Shown one piece after another: positions 1-11,098 of a DNA stretch of 64,000 nt. The position numbers were made by a program, and so were the translations under genes. This DNA is from Amphiscolops sp. MND2022. Taxonomy: Eukaryota. Location: positions 31,682,001 to 31,746,000 of the forward strand of contig OZ076416.1 in the NCBI GenBank assembly GCA_964187785.1, in the 5' to 3' direction. Under the pieces are notes generated by a model, which ran no database searches, was not told the DNA's origin, and saw only the letters and a list, made by a program, of their open reading frames with translations. Every line of letters begins with the position of its first letter. Position 1 is the first letter of the stretch.

Positions 1-228
1 CTACCAGCAATCACGGCTTTCTCTTCAAAACGAAGACATTGGTTGCACATAAACAAGATAAGGTTCAATATACAGTAAAGAAAGATACACAAAGAAGATT
101 CTTAAATTTAAGCTCCGACAGCAAGCATCCAGTTACATTAGCCTGGAACAGTAAACTATAGTTTACTGCCCCGGGCTAATATATAGCTAGATTGTTCATT
201 ATAAATTTAGGCCGGAAAAAGTATCAAT

Positions 229-233
229 GCCTA
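229..233. repeat. 5-bp target-site duplication GCCTA (partner 6949-6953)
   Basis: Identical pentamer abutting both outer LTR ends. Confidence 0.92.
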
Positions 234-1523
234 TGTAAGGACTCCGGCCTTCTGTGTCTCTTAAATTACAGGCGGACCTTGAGTCCTTTTTTATAATTTT
301 AGTTTTGAGCCCATTTGATCCTTCTCTATCTTCCTGATTATTTTGTGACGAACCGGACTCAGTGTCCCTTTGTCCTGAAGACAGCGTACCCATAGCATTT
401 TGAATCTCTGGGATCACACTATTATTGATAGCAAAATTGATCGCTTTAGTTATCTGGACTTGTAGGATGTTCATAAGTGAATCCGCCTCCTGGGATAACC
501 TGAGATTCAATTCCTCTGATAACATTTCCATAGACTCTAAGTGTCTATCTGAGCTAGTGGTCTCAATTCTACAGCCATTGTTTCTATTCTCAATTTTCTG
601 TGAAGGAATTTTGTAAGTAAGAATGGCCTCGGTGTCACCTTGGCCGAGAGAATGTTTTATTATGACCTCGAATTTCCTTTCTATAGAATTTGAATTGATT
701 CCACCAAGCATCATGTCCCTGTTGTTATCATTGGACCTCATGTCCATTTCTCTAGATTTTCTAGTTTTCGCTTTCTGACGTCTAGTAGAAGGCATAAGAG
801 ATTTTTGCAAGAGGTAAGAATTTAAATTAAGTTCTCAAGCATGCAAACAGAGTTTATTCGAACGGTTTTAACAAACTGGTTATAACGGTGTCAAGCAGAA
901 TTGTGTTCCCCGGGTCTACGTGTCCCGGCTATATATACATAAATTTGCATGACATTCAGTATTTCAACAGTCATGAGCTAAAAATAGCCTTAAGGGCTTT
1001 CTAAATATAGACTCAGCTATAAATAGCAACAATGACATCATCGTGACGTCACTCACTTCAAAGGACTTCCTCGTCGGATGTTACGGCGGGAAGCCCGTGA
1101 GTCCGTAAATGCAATAAACAGCATACATGTATGAAATAAAACAGATTACATGTGTTTCAACATTTAACTGCTTTTCATGGAATTGTAAGTAATAGCACTC
1201 AGTCTTGCATCATTCATGAGTCCTTTTGGGACTAAATATGTATTTTGTAAGTTATTAAAGCATCATCAATTACGTAAGCAAACGCACTTACTGGTTAGCG
1301 CCTTTAATTTAACTGTGGACTCAGTGTCCAATCGACACGAGCGGACTAGCGCTTTGTTGACAGGCGGCATATGGCCGTCTAGTCCTTTGATTAAATAACT
1401 CAGTACAGCAACAAATGAAAGTAATACTGCGCTCTGATTGGTTAATATTTAACCGGACTGGCTGTCCAAGACAACACAAAGGGACATAAACTAAAATAAG
1501 ATCACAGGTGGCAGCCTGCAACA
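234..1523 (-). repeat. E1 3' LTR (1290 bp)
   Basis: Manual alignment to 5659-6948: 15 substitutions, no indels (about 98.8% identity); on - it begins TGTTGCAGGC and ends CCTTACA. Confidence 0.95.
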
Positions 1524-1531
1524 CTCCCCCT
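1524..1531 (-). promoter_or_regulatory. E1 polypurine tract AGGGGGAG
   Basis: Purine run immediately 5' of the TG of the 3' LTR on the minus strand. Confidence 0.85.
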
Positions 1532-2983
1532 GGCACAAGGAGAAACGTGCCTGCTGACCCCAAACTGGCACGGTCCATGTAGTCGTCTTCATCGCTTGGT
1601 AGATTACTGTGCCGTCCGACTTTGGTTATTAGGACAATAGGTCTCTTAAATGATGTCCGAAACACATTGCAATCATTTTATATGCTGTAACGAGAACATT
1701 TTGCATGTATAGAAGCAACAAACTATATGGCCTTCATGTCCACAACATTTTGCAACACTCATAATACATGTGACATGGTTACATAATAATCTGCGTGGGT
1801 GTATAAATTATCGGGTGGGGACTATTTTACTACTATCCAGGATTCGTGGATTGTCCTTGGTCAGGGGACATTAAGGACTGGTGTCAAAGCATCGATAAGT
1901 ATTGATTAAAATACATTTCAACTGCTTTATATTAGCGCAAGATTGTCAAGTTAATAGAATTGCTTTGAATAAAGGAAAGCCACAATGGCTGTCTGTCCTA
2001 TTAGGACGTCTCTAAATACTGCATGGCCAGCGTGGTTTTTAATTCTGTTTACTGCGTACAATTAATAAGAGCACTGAATGGCGGCATGTGATTGGATGAT
2101 TTAAAATAAGGCCCTGTGGTCCGCTACGACAGGCTGACTACAGCGCGTGGCCGTACTCGTACATTTAATTTAATTGAGCACGTACACGTGTTCAATCACA
2201 GCACTAATAATATAGAATTTATAAGTGCTTCTGATTGGTCAGTCTAAATTTGGACCTGTGGTCCACCACGCCAAGCCAAAAGACATTTGAACAATAATAG
2301 TACAGCGCTGGAACAGTAGCAACAGTAGCATCAAAGTTTGTAATACTAAGGCCTTGTAGGCTGTCTACGGCGCATGGCCGTACTCGGTCATTGAATTACA
2401 GCGATAGTAACTGAATGAAATACTGCATAATACTAGCATTCAAAAATACAAGTAAACAGCACCAGCTTATGAATGACGATTAAGGCCGAAGCCGGCTGTC
2501 TGCCGTAACCGGCCTTCTATTTGAAGGCAACAGATTAGCACAATAATAGCACAAGTGAATTAATGATAAGCGCTGATTGGATAACAAAGTAAAAAGGACC
2601 ACACGTCGATTGGACTAGTTGAGGCGTCCTTTGGAACGCGTTTCTTTTCAACGTTCCAGTTACTTTTATACTGCAAATTGATATTTCAAGCTTCTAGCTT
2701 TCTGGTTTACATGTCAAATAGATACCAATCATAATAAATCAATGAATGAACTATAATTGTACTATATTTTGCATGTTAAGCACCGGAAAACAATTTTAAC
2801 TATAGGTCGCACTTAGGCGAATGGACTGACGGTCCGTAAAATTTTAAAATTGTATAAATAAACAGTTTATAAAGACTAGATGTTTATAAATTCGTTCAAA
2901 CGTGGACTGGCGGTCCACATGGTCCTTAGAAGCAAAACTCGTCTATCGTTTGCCCTCACTTGGTACAAATTCTCATCGCAGAC

Positions 2984-3002
2984 GGCAGCCTGCGACACTC
3001 CC
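2984..3002 (-). repeat. Second internal copy of the PPT/LTR-start junction (GGGAG|TGTCGCAGGCTGCC)
   Basis: ggcagcctgcgaca-ctccc at 2984-3002 matches ggcagcctgcaaca-ctccc at 1510-1528; flanking translations similar (AGSFFLVPMGVSQAAVCD vs AGTFLLVPGGVLQAATCD). Confidence 0.7.
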
Positions 3003-3437
3003 ATGGGTACGAGAAAAAATGAGCCCGCTCGCAACCCAGCCTGAGAAACATCTATTCTGCGTTGTTTTGTTGTGTAGGATTCTCCTGCCCGGTCGAATAA
3101 TTCACTATTTAGCTCGGAATCAAAGAAGCTTCCTTGGCTGCATAGTGTGCTAGCATAAGACCCGTTGTCTATACAGCCAGATAGGACCACAGTCATCAGA
3201 GATTTGTAGAGACATTTCAACTTTATGTATATTCAGAAAGAGTTTCTTTGCACATGTCGAAAGTTTAAGTGAGTCGGTTGAACGGTAGGATGAAATTGAG
3301 ATGAACGAATTCAAGATGTTATGATGAATAAATACACTGTGTACTTCAAAGACCAGCGGTCTACGCATCTAGCTTCGACTAACTAGCCAATCAAATTCTG
3401 CCGATAAATAAATGATTTTTCTGAATGAAATATCAAA

Positions 3438-4605
3438 ATGGCGAAGATCGATGAAATATAGCAATTTTAATGATGGTAATTTTAATAATAAAACAAAATT
3501 ATAGTAAGAAGGAACAGTGGTCGAGTGTACATCACTGGCAGGTTCCGAAACACCGAAAATCATGCTGAAAGTGTAGTTGAAATAAATAGTAACTTCGGTA
3601 GTAAAGAAATAATTTGCATGTAGCCACGACGTCCTTTAATGTGAGTCATAGTAAAGAATGCAATAACTAGATAATTAACTTTCTCAATAGTCGAATTTGG
3701 TAGTAACAAGTAAGTATAGGAAAGTGGGACTTGTAGTCGAATTGTCGTAGAGCATCATAAACCAGTTTGATAACTAACACAGTCAACAGTATAGCACTCA
3801 AATTCTTTATCTTCCTTGTTACATTTTGTATTCGAATCTTTGATTAACTTTCTCCAGGGACAGTTTAGCCGATTAGACCACAACAGGTTAGTTTTCTGAC
3901 AGTTTTGTCTCTTCAGCAGCATCCTCACGCAGTTTTGCATTTCTTGGACTTCAAGTCTACCAGACCCTGCTTGACCTGAGTCAGTATTTGTCCCTTAGCT
4001 GTTTCCCGATCCCCAATTCCAACATAATAGTAATCTTTCCAAATCATAGACGTCAGCCTTCCAGTCCAACAGTTGAAGTTCGACAGACAAATTCTGCTTG
4101 CCAGTTTAGACAAACATCAGGTTGGTTCTTTAAAATAATTTGTCAATTTTGAGCTTGATCAGGGCTTCCCATTGACTAAGTTTTCACTTCCTCCATTGTA
4201 AAATATTCACCCATAGGTGTGAACAGATAATGAACTTGCTTTCGAAAGGATTTCAAACGCGATAAGATGGATTTTTATAGCGGAAGTAGATCGCATGAAT
4301 TTATTTCTTTCCGTTTAGGCAAAGAAATGAGTGGCCAACCGAATCCAAAATCAACTGAGGTAATAGCGAGTGAGTCTCAACAAATTCAGCAAATCCCCGA
4401 ACCAGAGGTCGCTGAACGCCCAGTAGACACGAGGTCCTTAGATGAGTTGTCATCAACGAGCGATACTGAAAGTTGTGGGGCATACTTCACAAGAAAGATG
4501 GAGTCATTAGGAGCTGAAGAACAGATCCCAGCCGTAATTGAGGGACAAATCCCAGAACAGGATAAAGCGAGTGTTAGTGATCTAGTAAAGACTAGTTGTA
4601 CCTAG
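3438..4605 (+). pseudogene. Putative antisense multi-exon cassette inside E1; terminal exon encodes an acidic low-complexity peptide (ORF 4267-4605)
   Basis: caaaATGGCG at 3438 downstream of CCAAT; short GT..AG segments 3641-3690, 3710-3782, 3887-3916; pyrimidine-rich acceptor TTTCTTTCCGTTTAG at 4318. A clean spliced ORF could not be assembled. Confidence 0.4.
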
Positions 4606-4911
4606 TGTAAATATGTAAACTTTAGACTTTGTTCAGTATTTATCTGTTTACATCTTTATTTGCAAATGTCAATTGTGGCCTTTATATTGTACGCCACTGA
4701 GTCCCTTTGTCGACAGGTATTTATTTCAAAAGAAGTCAGAATAGTCCCAAGTAAAAAACATGTCCCTGAGGACAGAGAGCAGGAAAGGGACTTCGCAATT
4801 TAATATGCTGACTAGTATCTGTATTCTTCAGAGTAGTTGGGGGTGGGGTTAGGGCGAAGGTTGTATCTTCTTCCCCTAGGGCTATCATTTTCAACAAAGA
4901 CTCCGTCATCA

Positions 4912-5142
4912 TCACTTTCTAATACTTTGTAGAGGACGGATATAGTCCGTAGTCAAGTCACGTCCTTCGGACCAGTTGTCCAACGTGCGAAATTGAGTAT
5001 GGGTTGTGCTCATTTGCTGCTGCCAGTCAGCCGGTGAGTCTCCCTTAAGTGAAGAATAATATTCGAAACAAAATACAGTAGAAGGGTCAGAAATTATATA
5101 CTGTCTGACAGGTAGTTTTTCGTTAAATTGGAGTCGTGGCAA
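4912..5142 (-). pseudogene. N-terminal pre-protease stub of pol; the rest of pol is missing
   Basis: -1 frame after the slippery site; positional equivalent of E2 ORF 20769-21248. Confidence 0.5.
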
Positions 5143-5147
5143 AATTA

Positions 5148-5154
5148 GTTTTTT
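5148..5154 (-). promoter_or_regulatory. -1 ribosomal frameshift heptamer A_AAA_AAC at the gag/pol junction
   Basis: On -: TCA AAA AAC TAA; ORF 4912-5142 (LPRLQF...) lies in the -1 frame. E2 has the same geometry with AAAGAAC at 21254-21260 and pol-frame MPRHPQ. Confidence 0.65.
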
Positions 5155-5645
5155 GAATTTGGCTTCTGAGAGATAATATGACCTGATGTGGCACTTGACT
5201 GTTTGTCATTGATATTGGGGGACGCCTCGTCTCCTGGTCTGGGGAATGGTTTTGTTTTTGGTTTTTTCCTCGTGGGACGTAGATGCGCACCTGGGCCTTT
5301 CTAACATTTTTCGGCTGTGTGGTTTGTTTTACTGCACGTTGGGCATTCAGGGTATGTCGGACGCTGGGGTTTTTTGCCAATTTTGTCCTCCATTTTCCGT
5401 TTCTTTTTCAGTTTTGGACAGTTTTTAAAAAAATGGTTTGTCGCCTTGCAATATGCGCATTGAGCTGCTTTATTTGTATCAAGGCCATTAGACAGCAACT
5501 TTTGAAAAATATCAAGCATAGAAGTATTTGGTGTGGGTGGCGTTGTGTCCAATGAGACATTATGGGGCGTTTCCTGTCTTTCAAGGTTCGGGGCGAGTGG
5601 ATTCGTCCAGTCAGGAATTCAGGAATTGGTCGCTGGGTGTCGTTA

Positions 5646-5658
5646 ACTCCTGTCACCA
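5646..5658 (-). promoter_or_regulatory. E1 primer-binding site TGGTGACAGGAGT
   Basis: Starts with TGG directly after the 5' LTR; identical 13-mer follows the E2 LTR (22713-22725); resembles the complement of a tRNA-Leu 3' end (...ACTCCTGACACCA, one mismatch, from memory). Confidence 0.85.
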
Positions 5659-6948
5659 TATAAGGACTCCGGCCTTCTGTGTCTCTTAAATTACAGGCGG
5701 ACCTTGAGTCCTTTTTTATAATTTTAGTTTTGAGCCCATTTGATCCTTCTCTATCTTCCTGATTATTTTGTGACGAACCGGACTCAGTGTCCCTTTGTCC
5801 TGAAGACAGCGTACCCATAGTATTTTGAATCTCTGGGATCACACTATTATTGATAGCAAAATTGATCGCTTTAGTTATCTGGACTTGTAGGATGTTCATA
5901 AGTGAATCCGCCACCTGGGATATCCTGAGATTCAATTCCTCTGATAACATTTCCATAGACTCTAAGTGTCTATCTGAGCTAGTGGTCTCAATTCTACAGC
6001 CATTGTTTCTATTCTCAATTTTCTGTGAAGGAATTTTGTAAGTAAGAATGGCCTCGGTGTCACCTTGGCCGAGAGAATGTTTTATTATGACCTCGAATTT
6101 CCTTTCTATAGAATTTGAATTGATTCCACCAAGCATCATGTCCCTGTTGTTATCATTGGACCTCATGTCCATTTCTCTAGATTTTCTAGTTTTCGCTTTC
6201 TGACGTCTAGTAGAAGGCATAAGAGATTTTTGCAAGAGGTAAGAATTTAAATTAAGTTCTCAAGCATGCAAACAGAGTTTATTCGAACGGTTTTAACAAA
6301 CTGGTTATAACGGTATCAAGCAGAATTGTGTTCCCCGGGTCTACGTGTCCCGGCTATATATACATAAATTTGCATGACATTCAGTATTTCAACAGTCATG
6401 AGCTAAAAATAGCCTTAAGGGCTTTCTAAATATAGACTCAGCTATAAATAGCAACAATGACATCATCGTGACGTCACTCACTTCAAAGGACTTCCTCGTC
6501 GGATGTTATGGCGGGAAGCCCGTGAGTCCGTAAATGCAATAAACAGCATACATTTATGAAATAAAACAGATTACATGTGTTTCAACATTTAACTGCTTTT
6601 CATGGAATTGTAAGTAATAGCACTCAGTCTTGCATCATTCTTGAGTCCTTTTGGGACTAACTATGTATTTTGTAAGTTATTAAAGCATCATCAATTACGT
6701 AAGCAAACGCACTTACTGGTTAGAGCCTTTAATTTAACTGTGGACTCAGTGTCCAATCGACACGAGCGGACTAGCACTTTGTTGACAGGCGGCATATGGC
6801 CGTCGAGTCCTTTGATTAAATAACTCAGTACAGCAACAAATGAAAGTAATACTGCGCTCTGATTGGTTAATTTTTAACCGGACTGGCTGTCCAAGACAAC
6901 ACAAAGGTACATAAACTAAAATAAGATCACAGGTGGCAGCCTGCGACA
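5659..6948 (-). repeat. E1 5' LTR (1290 bp)
   Basis: On - it begins TGTCGCAGGC and ends CCTTATA (terminal CA mutated to TA); immediately followed by the PBS. Confidence 0.95.
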
Positions 6949-7639
6949 GCCTAAACGTTCCAGAACTCGGAAGACGTTTCTTTTTGGCGTGTTTTGTATC
7001 AATATCCTGCTAGTTCCGGAAGCCCGTTTACAGAAAATGTCAATTCAGCATACACAATGATACCAAGAGGCGAAAGAAAGTGGAATCACAATCACAAGTG
7101 GAAAGTTCCTATATAAATTTTGATCAAAATTACAAGGATAATTTTTGTTCTAAAACAAGTTTGATAGGCTATTTCACATGGTTTTGATTTTGCAATGTCT
7201 CGAAAAAAATGGTAGAAGAAAATCAGTTCTTAAACTTTCATCCGTAACTTTTTCTGAATTTTTTTGATAAATGAACAGCCAAAAAGAGCTGTACATTTGT
7301 CAAAACAAAATTTGAAGTATTAGAATTTTCTGATCATTTTGCTGTGTAGTTCCTTCAAGCCCTTCCGGGAGGCCGTTTTCAGAAAAAGTGTTAAATTCAA
7401 AAAGAAGAGACAAAAACCAAAAGTACATCTTTTGTTTGAGGTATTTTTCGTAACGGACAGCGGTTTTCGAGATAGTGCTAAAACATAGGCGCGACGGCAT
7501 GTCGCGCTTGGGCACGAGCAGAAACTTTCAATTGTCTGCAGAAGGTGTTACAAATTCTTTGTGTTCCAGGGCTCACAACCTTGTGAGCTTATCCAGTCTT
7601 AGATGAGGATATTCTGATGAAAGAACTAAAAAGACGAAG

Positions 7640-8020
7640 GACATTTTTTTGACAAAAACGAAAAATTGTATTTTTGGCAGAATCCCGAAGGCTTCATACT
7701 TCATGACGGAAACTTTGATAGTACAAAAAGTAGCTTACATACTTGCCTCACTTTGTGAGGGAGAATGATTTTCGTATCTATTTTCAGTTCTGAGAAAAAT
7801 CAGCTACAAATTGGAAAAAAATGGAATAAATTCAGAAATATTTTTTTATTACTTTATTTGCTAAAAAAATCCAGAGCGAAAAATATTTCGACATCACTTT
7901 TAGCCTAAAACTTAAAGTAAAAAAACAACCAAGAAAGTTTTTTTGGCAGAAAAACGAAGGCGTCATACTTGATGACGGTAACTTTGTTGGTCCAAAAAGT
8001 AGCCTATATCTATGCTGTTC
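7640..8020. repeat. Degenerate repeated module within an AT-rich, probably non-autonomous DNA element (about 7150-8660)
   Basis: ttttggcagaa..cgaaggc.tcatactt.atgacgg.aactttg...aaaaagtagc occurs at about 7675 and about 7940. Confidence 0.45.
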
Positions 8021-8766
8021 TTCTCGAAAGAGAACGGTTTCTGTATCTTTTATCAGTTTTGATAAATATGAACTACGAATGAGAAAAAATTTTTCGAAAA
8101 ATATTTTGTCCTCTTTTTTACCCAAAAACACTAAGTATGAAAAAAAATTTGACGTCATTTTTAGGCCAAAATGTAGCCCCTATAAAACGTTTGTACAGTT
8201 TACTAAACCATGGACCCTGTATTCGGTCTCAGTTCTGAGATATAGGGAATCAAAGATGAAAAATAGTCAAAAATAACCGTTTTTTCAAAAATTCTTTTAA
8301 AAAAACCATGAAGCCGATTGTTTTTCGAAAACTTTTTTCGGCGAAAATGTAGCCTAGGATCCTGCGCAACTTTTAGCGAAAACATGGTGTCCGTATCTGT
8401 TCTGGCTTTTGAGAAATTTGCCTCACAAGTTTGAAAAATTGGCACATGTCACGAAATCTGCGAAAAAAAAACGTCACCATATGGGCATCTCGCAAAGCTC
8501 GTGCCCCAATAAATATGGCCAAATGTCGAATGTGAACTTTTGAAAATACTACCTCAAAAACATGCTGAATTTCTTTACAATTTGAATGAATCAAAAGCCT
8601 TCCATTGTTTTTCTTGGTGCCTATTCAATTCGTCGAACATTCAAATCGTCGAAAGATGAAAAGCTATTCAATGCGTCGAAAGAATTCCATATCAGCGATT
8701 AATTTCATTTGGTTATATTTTGTAGCGATTAGCATATTTGTTGTATGGCTCGGTCGCTTCGCTCCC

Positions 8767-9641
8767 TTCGCCAAGTAGCAATATTGAGGCATGGCCATAT
8801 GGCACGTCGCTCCGCTTCGCTTCGCTCCTGCATTTAGGGCACTAGGAGTATGTGAACATATCTGACTACGTTATCGTAATTTTGAATGCTCGAATTTGAT
8901 TGGCCGAAATCAATTCATTCCATTACGTCATATATTGCTCGCTAAAGTAATACGTGTTCGACGAATTGAATGTTCGACGAATTGAACAGTCCCCGTTTTT
9001 CTTGACGATGTGCATGATTTAGAAATATATATTTCAACAATCTCAAGCAAAGCAATGATGAGAAAACGTTGGAGAACAACAAGAAAAAAGCAAATCAATC
9101 TTACCAGCAATGTGTAGTATGGCAACGCTATTCAAATCTGATTATGAGGCTGCAATAGAATAAAGCTGAATCAGTAAAACTTGCACACAGCAGTGAAATC
9201 CATAAACATTCAAATGTGTTTAATATTTACGACGAACTATTTCTGAGAAATCATGAGAAATAATACTTATATGCTATTTGACCGGTCTGCTTGTTAGACG
9301 CACTCCTTTCTATTTAACTGTAAGTCAAAATCTGTAAAATCCGTCTCGTTGCAACGACACGGATTTCACAGATTATGACTTACAGTTAAATAGAAAGGAG
9401 TACGTCAAACAAGCAGACCGGTCAAACATCAAAAAAGTATTATTCGTGCTAATGAGCAGACTTGATTCTTATTGGATTAAATTTCAGGTCAGGACTAAAT
9501 AAGCAGATTAGCAGTCAAAATAATAATTTTTATAGCGTAGCTATGTTAACATATCCCTAGTGCCCTAAATACTAATACTGGAGCGAAGCGAAGCGGAGCG
9601 ACGTGCCATATGCCCATGCCTCAATGTTGCTACTTGGCGAA
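8767..9641. mobile_element. Foldback/MITE-like element with about 95-bp inverted arms (8767-8860 and 9542-9641)
   Basis: ttcgccaagtagc...cgctccgcttcgcttcgctcc...tagggcactagg has its reverse complement at 9542-9641. Confidence 0.7.
9277..9426. repeat. 150-bp near-perfect, loop-less palindrome
   Basis: Centred on TCGTTG|CAACGA (9346-9357); arms pair with about 5 mismatches. Confidence 0.92.
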
Positions 9642-10859
9642 CCTCTTGCTAATGCTAACCTCTTCAAATAAATCAAGTTCCTTACATATTGGCTGTATCA
9701 GCACTCATTTCATTGATCTGTAATTCTAACTTCTGATTGGTCAAACAATTACCGCGTGATCAAATTTTCTGCTTTTTGAGTAGTCTGCTTACTAGACGGT
9801 CTGCTCGTTAGACTACTTCCATACACAGGACGTATCCAGCAGAACCTCTGTAGAGATAGAAGAGCGTTTTTAAATACAGGGTAAAAATCTAGAGTGTTTC
9901 AATAGAAAGTTAGAAATAATTCCCTTTTAGTAATTTCACATAATTGGGAAAGCTCTAAATGGTATGACTAATCGAATAAACATTTTTGCAAATTTTGACC
10001 TATGCTATTTAGAAAACCTAAATTTGCGAAGTGAACGCGTCCAATGCGGAGTCTTACATTTCTTACAAACACCATATTTGCAAAGTTTAATTCACCCACA
10101 ACGACGGTGCTCAATTTTGCAATCAAAATGAAAAACACGTCCTCAATTTTCAGCTGGTTTTCAAAAGGAATTTCCGTTATGTCAATCTTACAATTTCCCC
10201 AATGATCCCTGAATTTCCACAGTCGACTGAAACCAACTTTTGAGAAATTTCGAAACCATGTTAGTTTGGAATGGAATTGATTTGAAGAAAAACATCGGGC
10301 CGTCATATCCTTTTTTATATATTTGGGTTTTTAAATCAATATTTATGCTCATTTTTCCTTCATTTGAAACACATAGAAATCTGGTTACGGTTGCAAAGCA
10401 AAATCAGTGAAGTTTTCAGAACTCGCGCGATAAACCATTAAACTGACGTACCAATAACTAACCGACAATCAAGTTTGAGCCAAAAAGCTGACGCTAGTTA
10501 TTTGGTTGGTTTGAATTTTGATTGACAGTGCCTTAAAACTATTAGGCTGCGTCACAGAAGTTTGAGGCGAAAACTGAATGAAATTACAAATGCCAAATAT
10601 GCAAGGACAAGCTGACGAGATATGAAATTCAAAATTCGATTTTAATTACGTACTTTCAACTACGGTTATCCAAGAAAGCAAGGGACCTATGCAAATTTGC
10701 TGTCACTGGCAGAATTTCACCATTTACAGTCGATTACGGAAATGATTTGCCTGAGAGGCCGACATTTTGACCGAACGCTGGAGAATGAGCATCCAGCTTG
10801 GCAAATTATATTATCGTAGGAGAAAAGGTTAAAAACAAAAAAAACTCAAAAATGAACAG

Positions 10860-11090
10860 ATAGAAAAGTTGACAAAATTGGAAACGGCTGGTTACAGACT
10901 GAGCGAAAGCAAGTAGGAACTTTCGAATCAAAAAGGATCGGCCACCGAATTTACAACAGACCGCTCCAAGAAAACGTTTCAGCGATTAACGACTTCCAAC
11001 AAACAAAACAAGAAAAGCAAGTCGTGTCCTTTGTGGGACACATGCAATATCTGTCCAAAGTTATCAATAATCTGTCGAACGTAAACGTAT
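10860..11090 (+). pseudogene. pol: Gypsy reverse transcriptase C-terminal remnant
   Basis: KLETAGYRLSESK ... PLQENVSAINDFQQTKQEKQVVSFVGHMQYLSKVINNLS resembles the Gypsy RT thumb region; truncated by the LTR at 11099. Confidence 0.6.
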
Positions 11091-11098
11091 TTAGCTGA

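Larger units (their letters stand above)
5145..6220 (-). pseudogene. gag: E1 gag remnant: LTR-encoded N-terminus joined to two CCHC knuckles; no recognisable capsid domain, frameshift and a nonsense codon
   Basis: MPSTRRQKAK... ATG at 6220; CAYCKATNHFFKNC and CPTCSKTNHTAEKC (ORF 5301-5552); the same frame ends ...SKN-TAA at 5145-5147. Confidence 0.8.
234..6948 (-). mobile_element. E1: complete non-autonomous Ty3/Gypsy-type LTR retroelement (6715 bp; gag remnant, no PR/RT/RH/IN)
   Basis: Direct repeats 234-1523 and 5659-6948 at constant offset 5425; TG...CA termini; GCCTA duplicated at 229-233 and 6949-6953; PBS at 5646-5658 and PPT at 1524-1531 fix the minus orientation; CCHC knuckles inside. 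Confidence 0.95.

Noticed and set aside
199-810. 203-aa ORF as a duplicated host gene
   Set aside because: It is the LTR-embedded gag N-terminus; the duplication is explained by the two LTRs
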